DNA of 64,000 nt from Dehalococcoidia bacterium (GTDB lineage Bacteria; Chloroflexota; Dehalococcoidia; DSTF01; WHTK01), in the NCBI GenBank assembly GCA_009377745.1, contig WHTK01000013.1, forward strand, positions 1,212 to 65,211. The letters run 5' to 3'. The notes under the pieces are model-generated. The model saw only the letters and a list, made by a program, of their open reading frames with translations. It was not told the DNA's origin and ran no database searches. The position numbers and the translations under genes are program-made. Positions 21,673-30,311 of the stretch are shown one piece after another. How positions within the stretch are numbered: position 1 is the first letter of the stretch; each line of letters starts with the position of its first letter.

Positions 21673-22638
21673 ATGGCCACGATCAAAGACTTCCTTACTC
21701 ACAACTACCGCCACTTCAACGCCGCCGTCGTCATCGACGCGGCTCAGGCCTATGTCGATCATCTAGCACAGGGCGGCAAGATGTTTGCAACCGTCGCCGG
21801 CGCGATGAGCACGGCGGAGCTGGGCCTCTCGCTGGCGGAGATGATCCGGCAGGACAAGGTTCACGCTATCTGCTGCACCGGCGCCAACCTGGAGGAGGAC
21901 ATCTTCAATCTCGTCGCGCACGACTACTATGTGCGGGTGCCAAACTACCGCAACCTCTCAGACCAGGAGGAGCTCGACCTGCTCAATGCCGGCCTCAACC
22001 GCGTCACCGACACCTGCATCCCGGAAGAGGAGGCGATGCGCCGCGTCGAGCGGCACATGCTGCAGGTCTGGCGCAAGGCGTCCGATTCAGGCCAGCGCTT
22101 CTTCCCCTACGAGTACATCTACCAGCTAATCGAGACCGGCTTGCTGGAGGAGTCCTACCAGATCGACCCCAGGGACTCCTGGGTGCTGGCCGCGCACGAG
22201 AAGCAGATACCGATCTTCGTACCGGGCTGGGAGGACTCGACACTCGGCAACGTCTTCGTGGCGGCGGCGATCCGGGGCGAGGTCAACTATCAGTGCATGA
22301 AGTCCGGCCTCGAGCTGATGGGCAACCTTGTCGACTGGTATAAGGCGAACTCTCAGGAACACTCGATTGGCTTCTTCCAAATCGCCGGCGGCATCGCGGG
22401 TGACTTTCCGATCTGCGTCGTTCCGTTGATCCAGCAGGACCTGCAGCAGGACTGCGCGCTCTGGGGCTACTTTTGCCAGATATCGGACAGCACCACGTCC
22501 TACGGCTCTTACAGCGGCGCCGTCCCCAACGAGAAGATCACCTGGGGCAAGCTCTCAGTCGATACGCCGCGCTTTGTCATCGAATCCGACGCGACCATCG
22601 TCGCGCCCCTGATCTTTGCCTACGTGCTGGACCAGTAG
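21673..22638 (+). CDS. Deoxyhypusine synthase family protein (bacterial DHS-like, probable homospermidine synthesis)
   Basis: AGAMSTAELG, TGANLEED, GSYSGAVPNEKITWGK, IESDATIVAPL. Confidence 0.9.
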   Translation: MATIKDFLTHNYRHFNAAVVIDAAQAYVDHLAQGGKMFATVAGAMSTAELGLSLAEMIRQDKVHAICCTGANLEEDIFNLVAHDYYVRVPNYRNLSDQEELDLLNAGLNRVTDTCIPEEEAMRRVERHMLQVWRKASDSGQRFFPYEYIYQLIETGLLEESYQIDPRDSWVLAAHEKQIPIFVPGWEDSTLGNVFVAAAIRGEVNYQCMKSGLELMGNLVDWYKANSQEHSIGFFQIAGGIAGDFPICVVPLIQQDLQQDCALWGYFCQISDSTTSYGSYSGAVPNEKITWGKLSVDTPRFVIESDATIVAPLIFAYVLDQ

Positions 22639-22787
22639 CCCGGCGGCCGCATAGCCAACGGCTGCGGCCTTCTCACGCCGCAACATCCATAGCTTCGTCC
22701 GGGGCAGTAATTCTTGGGAATCTCCAAGACGTATCCAAGTCTAATCTCATCTACCTCCAATACCCTCGTCGTAATTGAATAGCCATC

Positions 22788-22882
22788 CCTCGGGGGATTA
22801 GCCCACTCGTAAGAGTTGTATGACGCCGACATCCCGGTAAGCGATTACCCGGCGTTATAGGCCAGGCCGGTGAGACCCGCGG
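22788..22882 (+). ncRNA. yybP-ykoY (Mn2+) riboswitch
   Basis: CCTCGGGGGATTAGC...GCCGACATCCCGG...CCGGC...GGTGAGACCCGCGG resembles the GGGGAGUAGC...GGCGAGACC consensus; lies upstream of a terC-containing operon, a classic context. Confidence 0.75.
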
Positions 22883-22923
22883 TTCCAGTGTCGCAATGCG
22901 CACCGAGCTGCGGGTCTCTTTTT
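22872..22923 (+). terminator. Intrinsic terminator overlapping the aptamer 3' strand (riboswitch expression platform)
   Basis: GAGACCCGCGGTTC / GAGCTGCGGGTCTC followed by TTTTT. Confidence 0.75.
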
Positions 22924-22954
22924 GTACCCGAGACTGGCTGAGATGAGAGGTTTG

Positions 22955-23476
22955 ATGACCAACGTACAGCCCGAATTCAGCCACGTAGCCCTCTTCACCA
23001 GTCAGCCGGCGCGTCTTCCCGGCCTCGTCGCCTCACTGCGACAGTTTGCCGGCGGCGAAGGACGCAAGCTCTTGCTATGGGCCAACGCCGAGCGCTTCCG
23101 CGCGCCGCCCGGCCTGCATCCGCCCTACCACGCCCTCGGCCGCATTGAGGCCCGCAACCTCACAGCGGACCGCGTGGCCGCAGCCGAAACCGCGACGGCT
23201 GAAGCATCTGCCACCCTCGCCGCTGAGGGCTGGGAGGTCACCTCAGAAATCCTTCTCGATGCCACCTCAGCCGACGTCCTTTCCCGTCTCGACGCCAACC
23301 AGATCGAGCTGCTGGTGACCGAATCAGCGTCCTTCGCTGGCCAGGCAGAACGCCTCGCCGCCAAGGCCGGCTGCGCCCTGCTCCTCGTCCCTGACAGCGA
23401 GCACGCGACGACCGGCGCCTCGGCCGGCGGCCGCGCTAATCAAGCCGGGCGCCTATCGCGCGTCCTTCACGGCTAG
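22955..23476 (+). CDS. Divergent universal stress protein-like protein
   Basis: GAGAGG SD; C-terminal ..IELLVT...AERLAAKAGCALLLVP resembles the USP fold. Confidence 0.55.
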   Translation: MTNVQPEFSHVALFTSQPARLPGLVASLRQFAGGEGRKLLLWANAERFRAPPGLHPPYHALGRIEARNLTADRVAAAETATAEASATLAAEGWEVTSEILLDATSADVLSRLDANQIELLVTESASFAGQAERLAAKAGCALLLVPDSEHATTGASAGGRANQAGRLSRVLHG

Positions 23477-23485
23477 GACCCTTAA

Positions 23486-24517
23486 TTGAGCTTGGAAACC
23501 CTTGCCCTCTGGGGCGTCTTTACGGCCTTTGTCGGCGTGCTGCTCGCGGTTGACCTGCTACTGATCAGCCGAAAGCAGGAGATCATGTCCGTGCGCAGCG
23601 CCCTCCAGTGGAGCGCGCTCTGGATTTCGATGGCGCTGCTCTTCAACGCCGGTGTCTTCATCTTTCTCGGCCAGGACAAAGGCTTCGAGTTCCTCACCGG
23701 GTACGTGATCGAGAAGTCTCTCGGCGTCGATAACCTCTTTGTCTTCCTGGTCATCTTTGGCTACTTCGCCATGCCGAGGGAGATTCAACCGAAGGCGCTG
23801 ACTTGGGGCATCATGGGCGCCCTGATTATGCGCTTCTTCTTCATCGTGGCCGGCGCAGCCCTCCTCGATACGTTCCACTGGCTGGTCTTCATCTTCGGCG
23901 GCATCCTCATCGTCACGGCCTTTCGCCTTGCCTTTGAAGGCGACTCTGAGATTCACCCGGACCGCAATGTCCTCATCCGCCTGCTGCGGCGGGTCATGCC
24001 CGTCTCGCCGTCGTTCAGCGGCACGCGCTTCTTCGTCAAAGTGGATGGCCGCCGCGCCGCCACGCCGTTCTTCGTCTGCCTTCTTGTCCTGGCCTCAACC
24101 GACCTGGTCTTCGCGGTGGACTCGATCCCGGCAATCTTCGCCATCACCCGCGACCCGTTCATCGTTTACACGTCTAACGCCTTTGCAATCCTGGGGATGC
24201 GAGCGCTGTTCTTCGCCCTGGTTGGTGTCATGCAGTACTTTGTCTTCCTGCGCCAGGGCCTGGTGGCGATCCTCCTCTTCGTCGGCTCAAAGATGCTAAT
24301 CTCGGAGTGGTACCACGTACCTGTGCCGGTGTCGCTCGGTGTGGTGATGGGCATCCTGCTCCTCGCGGTCCTGGCATCGCTCATGGTCCGCAATAAGGTT
24401 GAAGAAGGCGAAATTGAAGCGACTCCCCTCGTTGAAGCGGAAGACTCGGCTGAACACGATGGCGTGAGGCCTGAGAAGGCCGCCCAGGAAGTCGGCTCGT
24501 CGCGCCACAGCTCATGA
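23486..24517 (+). CDS. terC: TerC/Alx family metal homeostasis membrane protein
   Basis: FLTGYVIEKSLGVDNLFVF, DLVFAVDSIPAIFAIT, SNAFAILGMRALFF. Confidence 0.92.
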   Translation: MSLETLALWGVFTAFVGVLLAVDLLLISRKQEIMSVRSALQWSALWISMALLFNAGVFIFLGQDKGFEFLTGYVIEKSLGVDNLFVFLVIFGYFAMPREIQPKALTWGIMGALIMRFFFIVAGAALLDTFHWLVFIFGGILIVTAFRLAFEGDSEIHPDRNVLIRLLRRVMPVSPSFSGTRFFVKVDGRRAATPFFVCLLVLASTDLVFAVDSIPAIFAITRDPFIVYTSNAFAILGMRALFFALVGVMQYFVFLRQGLVAILLFVGSKMLISEWYHVPVPVSLGVVMGILLLAVLASLMVRNKVEEGEIEATPLVEAEDSAEHDGVRPEKAAQEVGSSRHSS

Positions 24518-24697
24518 TTGCAATCGACGCCGCCCTGCTTCCTTACCTTGTCTCAACAAGATCACGGTTACTCCGGGCTCCGTCCCGGCGCTGCGGTTCA
24601 TTTGAAGCCGGCGGCCGCTGATCATTTAAGGAGCCTAACAATAGTCCTCAAAGGAACCACCAACCCAGCGGCTAACGCAAGTCAGCAGGCTGTACGC

Positions 24698-25366
24698 ATG
24701 AAGATCCTCATTTGCGAGGACGACGAGCGGCTGGCCAGGGCATTGAAACGCGCTCTGGAAGAAGAGATGCATCTCGTTGAGATCGTCTCTGATGGGGAGC
24801 AGGCGATCGACCTCGGTTACGAGTCCGCTCTCGACCTCATCATCCTCGATGTGATGTTGCCGGGCATCGACGGTCTCGAGGTCTGCCGCCGCCTGCGTCA
24901 AGGTGGCGTCCGCACACCCATCCTTATCCTAACCGCCCGGGGTGGGGTCTCGGATCGCGTTAACGGCCTGGACGCCGGCGCTGACGACTACCTGCCGAAG
25001 CCTTTTGCTCTGGCCGAGCTACTGGCGCGCCTCCGAGCCCTCGGTCGCCGCCACATAGCCGAAGGCGGCGCTAAGATGCAGGTCGGTGACCTCATTCTTG
25101 ACCCCTCGACCCACAGCGCCGTCCGGTCGGGCAGAGAGATCAACCTCACAGTCAAGGAGTTTGTCCTTCTCGATTTGCTTATGCGCCATCGCGGCCTTGT
25201 CCTGACGCGTTCGCAGATTCTCGACCACGTCTGGGAGCTGGAGAACGACCTCACTAGCAACGTCGTCGATATCTACATCCACTACCTGCGCTCAAAGATC
25301 GATAAAGGGTTCGACAAAGCGCTCATCCAGACAGTGCGCGGCGTCGGTTACCGTCTGAAGGCCTGA
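24698..25366 (+). CDS. OmpR/PhoB-family response regulator
   Basis: ILICEDD, LDVMLP, GADDYLPKPF, IQTVRGVGY. Confidence 0.95.
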   Translation: MKILICEDDERLARALKRALEEEMHLVEIVSDGEQAIDLGYESALDLIILDVMLPGIDGLEVCRRLRQGGVRTPILILTARGGVSDRVNGLDAGADDYLPKPFALAELLARLRALGRRHIAEGGAKMQVGDLILDPSTHSAVRSGREINLTVKEFVLLDLLMRHRGLVLTRSQILDHVWELENDLTSNVVDIYIHYLRSKIDKGFDKALIQTVRGVGYRLKA

Positions 25367-26697
25367 TGTTCCGTTCCCTGCGCTGGAAGTTCACGGCCCT
25401 TTACGTTGTGGCCTCAGTCCTTGTCCTCATAGCCGTGGGCTTCACGATTTTCATCCTCGAATCACGCGCCCTCTCCCATCGCATTGAGGGGTCCATCCGT
25501 GCTGGCGGCGACTCTGCTAAAGCGGCGACGGCCACGAGCCTGCGACAAGGCGAATGGACGGAACCGCTGGACGCCGCCGCTGAAGCCTTCGATACGGTGG
25601 CCGGCTACCGCTGGCTCAGCGCCCAAGACGTGTTCATTGTCCTGTTGGACCAGGAAGGCCGCATCGTCGCTAACCCCAACAACGTGGATGTCGCCGCTAT
25701 TGCCGGCCGCGACTCAATGGAGCGAGCCCTGCGCCAGGGAGAGGATTGGCGCACGGTCCATCTCACAAACGCAAAGCTCCGCACCAAGACTTTTCCCTTG
25801 CTCGATAGCGCCGGCCAGGTCATTGGCTTCGTCCAGGCCGGCAAGTCTATGGAGGATACTGATGCTGCCCTTACCAACCTCATCCTGTTCATGGCAGTCA
25901 GCGGCGCCGCCGGTACCCTGCTCCTCGCCCTGGGCGGCTATGTTGTCGCCGGCCGGGCCATCCGTCCCGTCCAGCAGAGCTACGAGCGGCAGCGCCAGTT
26001 CGTTGCGGATGCCTCTCACGAGCTGCGTACGCCTTTGACCGTCATACGCACCAACGCCGGCGTCCTGGCGCGCCAGATTCCCGCCAGCGAGTCCGTGCAG
26101 GACATTGAGGCCGAAGCTCGCTATATGAGCAAGCTGCTTGGAAATCTGCTGCTCCTTGCCAATGGTGACCGCCGCCAGCTTCAAGTCGATCCTGTGCCGC
26201 TCAACCTCTCAGAGGTCGCCCGCTCGGTCATGCGGCCGGCCGAGGCCCTTACTCGCAACGCTGGCATCAGCTTCCGAGCAGAGCTTGGTGAAGCTCTGCC
26301 TGTCATGGCCGACCCGGAGCGCTGCCGCCAGGTGATGCTGATCCTGCTAGATAACGCCATCAAGTACACCCAGCCCGGCGGCGAAGTGGTCGTGGTTACT
26401 CGGCGCGATAGCCAGGATGCAATCGTCGAGGTCCGTGATAACGGCCGGGGCATGACCCAGCATGAGCTTTCACGCGCTACCGACCGTTTCTTCACCGGCG
26501 GCAAGGCTCGTCCCCGGTCCAACGGCAGCGCCGGCCTCGGCCTCTCGATTGCCACCGAGCTCATGTCCGTCCTCGGCGGCAACCTCCAACTCGAAAGCGA
26601 GCGAGGACGGGGCACGACTGCTCGCCTGCGACTGCCGCTCGTCGACCAGCCGGAGACTCTCAGCTCCACTGTCCGGCTGCGGCGTAGCTCTACCTAG
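25366..26697 (+). CDS. Membrane sensor histidine kinase
   Basis: Two TM segments, FVADASHELRTPL, LLDNAIKY, DNGRG, GLGLSIA; start overlaps the regulator stop codon. Confidence 0.93.
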   Translation: MFRSLRWKFTALYVVASVLVLIAVGFTIFILESRALSHRIEGSIRAGGDSAKAATATSLRQGEWTEPLDAAAEAFDTVAGYRWLSAQDVFIVLLDQEGRIVANPNNVDVAAIAGRDSMERALRQGEDWRTVHLTNAKLRTKTFPLLDSAGQVIGFVQAGKSMEDTDAALTNLILFMAVSGAAGTLLLALGGYVVAGRAIRPVQQSYERQRQFVADASHELRTPLTVIRTNAGVLARQIPASESVQDIEAEARYMSKLLGNLLLLANGDRRQLQVDPVPLNLSEVARSVMRPAEALTRNAGISFRAELGEALPVMADPERCRQVMLILLDNAIKYTQPGGEVVVVTRRDSQDAIVEVRDNGRGMTQHELSRATDRFFTGGKARPRSNGSAGLGLSIATELMSVLGGNLQLESERGRGTTARLRLPLVDQPETLSSTVRLRRSST

Positions 26698-26801
26698 CCC
26701 CACTCAGTGAAACGCGTCCGCCGTAAGCCATTGGCAATCGCCTCCAGATAGACCGCTGCATCTCGGCGTTCATCCCAGCCTCGAATTCGAGGCCCCGCTC
26801 G

Positions 26802-28157
26802 TCAGCCATTTCGCCGCGCCTCTTCCATCGATGGGTACAGCCGCCGGTCTGAGGTCGTATACGGCGAGACTCGTCGCGCCGGCCTGAAGAACAGTTGTAG
26901 CCCTTCCACGGAACCGCCGGCAATGTCACCGCCAACGTAGTTCTCGTTGTACGCCTCCAGACCGGCCACGGACGTCACGTGGCGCGCCAGGACCAGGTCA
27001 TGGAAGCCCGGCGCGAACCGCTCGATCTGCGCCTCGATGCGGTCGGTCAGGTCCTCGCTGGAGCCATTGGGGACGTGGCAATAAGCCCAGGCCGTCTGCT
27101 TGCCGTCCGGCGCCCGCGTTGAATCAAAGAGGCTCTGCTGCGCCACCAGGGTAAAGGGCCGCTCCGGCGTCACTCCCTTGCCGATCAACGCCTCCGACAG
27201 GACGATCTCTTCGATGCTGCCGCCTAGATGTACCGTCCCTGCACTCCGGCACTCCGCCGCCGTCCACGGTATCGGCCCTGAAAGTGCGTAGTCGACCTTG
27301 AAGGCGCCTGCCCCGTAGCGGTAGCCTGAGAGCGCTCGCCTGTAGCCCTGGCTAAGGTGCGGCCCGGCAATCCGTAGCACCTGCCGCGGCGTCAGGTCGA
27401 AGAGCACCGCGCCCGCATTGAGGCCGCTCATCGATTCGACCTTGCGCCCGGTATCAATCTTGCCGCCCAGTGAGCGCAAGTAGCCTGCCAGCGCCGCGGT
27501 GATGCTCCGCGACCCACCGGCGGCAATCGGCCAACCGAAGGGATGCGCGGCCCCGCCCAGCACGATCCCGGTTCCGGCCGTGAACAGGCCATCGAGTGGC
27601 ACGTTGGCATGGGCCGCCATTCCCGCGAAGAGCGCTCTCGTCCTGGCTTCCTTGAACACCGTGCCCGCGAGGCGAGTCGCCGGCTGCAGGGCGTTGAGTC
27701 CGAAGCGCGCCATCAGCAAAGGATGTCGTGGCAGCCGCAGCACCGGCCCGAGGATCGCCGGGGCGAGGTCATCCCAGTGTCCCGTCACCGGGCTCATGAG
27801 GCGCTTATAGCTCGGCCCGTCTTCTCCAAGCAGGCGCGCCGTCTCATCTAGAGATCGCCTGATGGTCGACGCGCTGCCGTCATCAAAGGGGTGTGCTAGA
27901 GGAATATCCGGCTGTACCCAACTAAGGCCGTGCTCGGCCAGCGGCAGGGAACGGAAGAACGGCGATGCCGCGGCCATCGGGTGGATCGCAGAGCAGACGT
28001 CGTGCAGGAAGCCCGGCAGCGTCAGCTCCTGCGTCCGCGCGCCGCCCCCGATCGTGTCTTCAGCTTCGAGGACGGTGACACGGACGCCGGCCTGTGCCAG
28101 GACGATGGCAGCCGCCAGCCCGTTAGGCCCGGAGCCCACGACAGTTGCGGTCTCGAT
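26802..28157 (-). CDS. Phytoene desaturase-family NAD(P)/FAD oxidoreductase, C-terminally truncated
   Basis: VVGSGPNGLAAA, GGGART, HDVCSAIHP, WAYCHVP, GGDIAGG; ends at PYTTSDRRLY without the usual TPPGGGVHGMCG motif; the AAGGAGG SD is followed by ATC rather than ATG. Confidence 0.75.
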   Translation of the reverse strand: METATVVGSGPNGLAAAIVLAQAGVRVTVLEAEDTIGGGARTQELTLPGFLHDVCSAIHPMAAASPFFRSLPLAEHGLSWVQPDIPLAHPFDDGSASTIRRSLDETARLLGEDGPSYKRLMSPVTGHWDDLAPAILGPVLRLPRHPLLMARFGLNALQPATRLAGTVFKEARTRALFAGMAAHANVPLDGLFTAGTGIVLGGAAHPFGWPIAAGGSRSITAALAGYLRSLGGKIDTGRKVESMSGLNAGAVLFDLTPRQVLRIAGPHLSQGYRRALSGYRYGAGAFKVDYALSGPIPWTAAECRSAGTVHLGGSIEEIVLSEALIGKGVTPERPFTLVAQQSLFDSTRAPDGKQTAWAYCHVPNGSSEDLTDRIEAQIERFAPGFHDLVLARHVTSVAGLEAYNENYVGGDIAGGSVEGLQLFFRPARRVSPYTTSDRRLYPSMEEARRNG

Positions 28158-28269
28158 GGTGTGCTCCTCCTTCGCGGTCGCCGGGCGGAGTCACGCCGAA
28201 GCAAATGGCCGGGACATCCGTCCCGGCCATTTTGGATCAGCGGTCGCGCTGAGGCTATAAACGCTCGAT

Positions 28270-30102
28270 TCAGGATGATGCGAGCGGTTTCTTCGTCGGA
28301 TCCACCCAGGAGTAGAAGGAGCGGTTAGAGGTGTCACGCGGGTCGCCCTGGAAGTAGCCAAAGCTGCGGATCACCGGCCAGGCCAGGCTGAACCCGGAAG
28401 CGCCGCTGGGCGAACGGATGATGTACATCGCGTCGCCGAGGTGCTTCTGCAGGTCGACCATCATCAGCTTGCGCTTCTCCGAGCTCTGCTCGGTCTTCGA
28501 CTTGCGGATCAGATCATCAACGTAGGGATCACCGGCGCGCTTACCGGAAGTGTCGGGATCGAAGCCGAGGAAGTTGTTCCCCGCCGTGGAGAACATCCAC
28601 TCCGCGAGCTTGTCGATGGGGTCCGAGGCGCTCTGCGGCCTCAGGCTCCAGAGGATACCCTCGAAGTCACCCTGGACGTTCTGGTAACGCGGGATAAGCT
28701 CGTTGTTGTAGTTGACAACGTTGGCGGTTGGCTTGAAGCCGGCGTCGGCGGCCATCGCTTCCATCACGTCGATCTGGCGGTCGTATTCGGGACCGTACTG
28801 GCCGCCGGCGCGGGTCGCGACGTATTCGACGCCGTTGGTGAATCCCGCTGCCGACATGAGCTTCTTGGCCTCAGCGATGTCGTGCTGGTAGTACTTCGCA
28901 TTGGCCCCGAAGTTCTTGTCGCGCGGGTCCATCCACCAGCCCGTGTACTCGGTCGCGGGGACGGCAGAGCTCCAGGCGATATCGACTGGCAAACCCTGAC
29001 TGGTGAAGTCGGGCACGTTGTACCAGATCTCGGCGAAGAGGTCGCGGTCGATCGACATCGAGTAGGCCTGTCGCAACCGCTTGTCGCGGAACATCGCCTT
29101 GTCGTTGTTTCGATAGCCGAAGAAGACGTGGGCGGAAGGAATTGAGACGTCCGTCGTGTACATGGCCAAGTCCGGCACGTCGTTCTTCACCGTGATGATC
29201 TCTTCCGGCCGGACGCTGTAGGTGTAGAGTTGCCCGTTCTTGAAAGCGGCGAGGCCGCTGGCGTATTCGGTGATCAGGGGGTACTCCATGCCATCCGCGT
29301 AAGGGTGGTCGGCGTCGTAGTAGCCCGGGTTGCGCTTCACGTGGACGTAGGCGGAAGGTACATGGTCCGTGACGTAGTACGGCCCGGAGCCGATGGAGAC
29401 CTTGAGCGGATCGTAGCCGCCTCTGGCTGCCTCCTTGGGCAAGATGTGATAGGACTGGCCAACGGACGCCGACATCTGCGCCGGTAGGGTAACCGCCGGG
29501 AACGCCAGCTTCATGACAATCGTGCGGTTGTCGGTCGCCCTCACCGACTCGATCGGCGCGTCGGCGCTGGCCGAGTGGTCCAGGCTGGAGCGTACGGCGC
29601 TGGTCGTGCGCCAGCGCTCCCAGCTCGCGACCACGTCCTCGGAGTCCACCAGGCGTCCGCTCACCGGCGCCGTGGGGGCCCAGTGAGCGTTGGGGCGGAG
29701 CTTGAAGGTGGCGGTGAGCCCATCGCCGGAGAACTCCCAGCCCTCGGCCAGGTCGCCGCCGACTTCGCCGGACGATCCCTCACCCATGCCCGGCTCCACG
29801 ATGGCGAGGCGGCTGTAAAGCACGGCTCCCAGAGTGCCGAACCAGGACCCTCTGAAGTGGGGGTCCCAGCCGCCGGGGTCGGCGGTTATGTGGGTCTTGT
29901 AAATGCCGCCGCGCTTGGCTTCCTTGGAGGCATCTTCAAACTTGGTGACGAGTCCGGTCGAGTCACCGCCGCCACCGCTGTCACCATCGCCACCGCAGGC
30001 AGCCAGAAGCGCCGCGCCGAGGCCGGCGGCTCCAGTGGCAGCAAGCATGCGCCGTCGCGAGAGCCGGCTGCGCGCGAAACGAGACCAGTAGCTGTTCTCC
30101 AT
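28270..30102 (-). CDS. ABC transporter substrate-binding protein, family 5 (Tat lipoprotein)
   Basis: SRRRML, LAAC lipobox, ATFKLRP, GSGPYY, FRDKRLRQAYSM. Confidence 0.9.
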   Translation of the reverse strand: MENSYWSRFARSRLSRRRMLAATGAAGLGAALLAACGGDGDSGGGGDSTGLVTKFEDASKEAKRGGIYKTHITADPGGWDPHFRGSWFGTLGAVLYSRLAIVEPGMGEGSSGEVGGDLAEGWEFSGDGLTATFKLRPNAHWAPTAPVSGRLVDSEDVVASWERWRTTSAVRSSLDHSASADAPIESVRATDNRTIVMKLAFPAVTLPAQMSASVGQSYHILPKEAARGGYDPLKVSIGSGPYYVTDHVPSAYVHVKRNPGYYDADHPYADGMEYPLITEYASGLAAFKNGQLYTYSVRPEEIITVKNDVPDLAMYTTDVSIPSAHVFFGYRNNDKAMFRDKRLRQAYSMSIDRDLFAEIWYNVPDFTSQGLPVDIAWSSAVPATEYTGWWMDPRDKNFGANAKYYQHDIAEAKKLMSAAGFTNGVEYVATRAGGQYGPEYDRQIDVMEAMAADAGFKPTANVVNYNNELIPRYQNVQGDFEGILWSLRPQSASDPIDKLAEWMFSTAGNNFLGFDPDTSGKRAGDPYVDDLIRKSKTEQSSEKRKLMMVDLQKHLGDAMYIIRSPSGASGFSLAWPVIRSFGYFQGDPRDTSNRSFYSWVDPTKKPLASS

Positions 30103-30249
30103 CGATCTCTCCCTCTCCCGTTGCTTCTATTTCCTTTACGACTCAAAGCGTCCGTTACGATTCATGTTACGAATCGTCAGACAGGCTGAGTCTATCAGAG
30201 GGGAAGGCCTTCGGATCGCCCCGGCAATGGTTCAGGGCAAATCGGAACG

Positions 30250-30285
30250 AAAAAGAGAGGAGGCGCCCTGCGGCGTCTCCTCTCT
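30250..30285 (-). terminator. Intrinsic terminator after the cupin gene
   Basis: AGAGAGGAGACGCC / GGCGCCTCCTCTCT stem followed by a T-run on the minus strand. Confidence 0.7.
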
Positions 30286-30311
30286 AAGAGCTAAGTCCCG
30301 GACTGGGTGCG

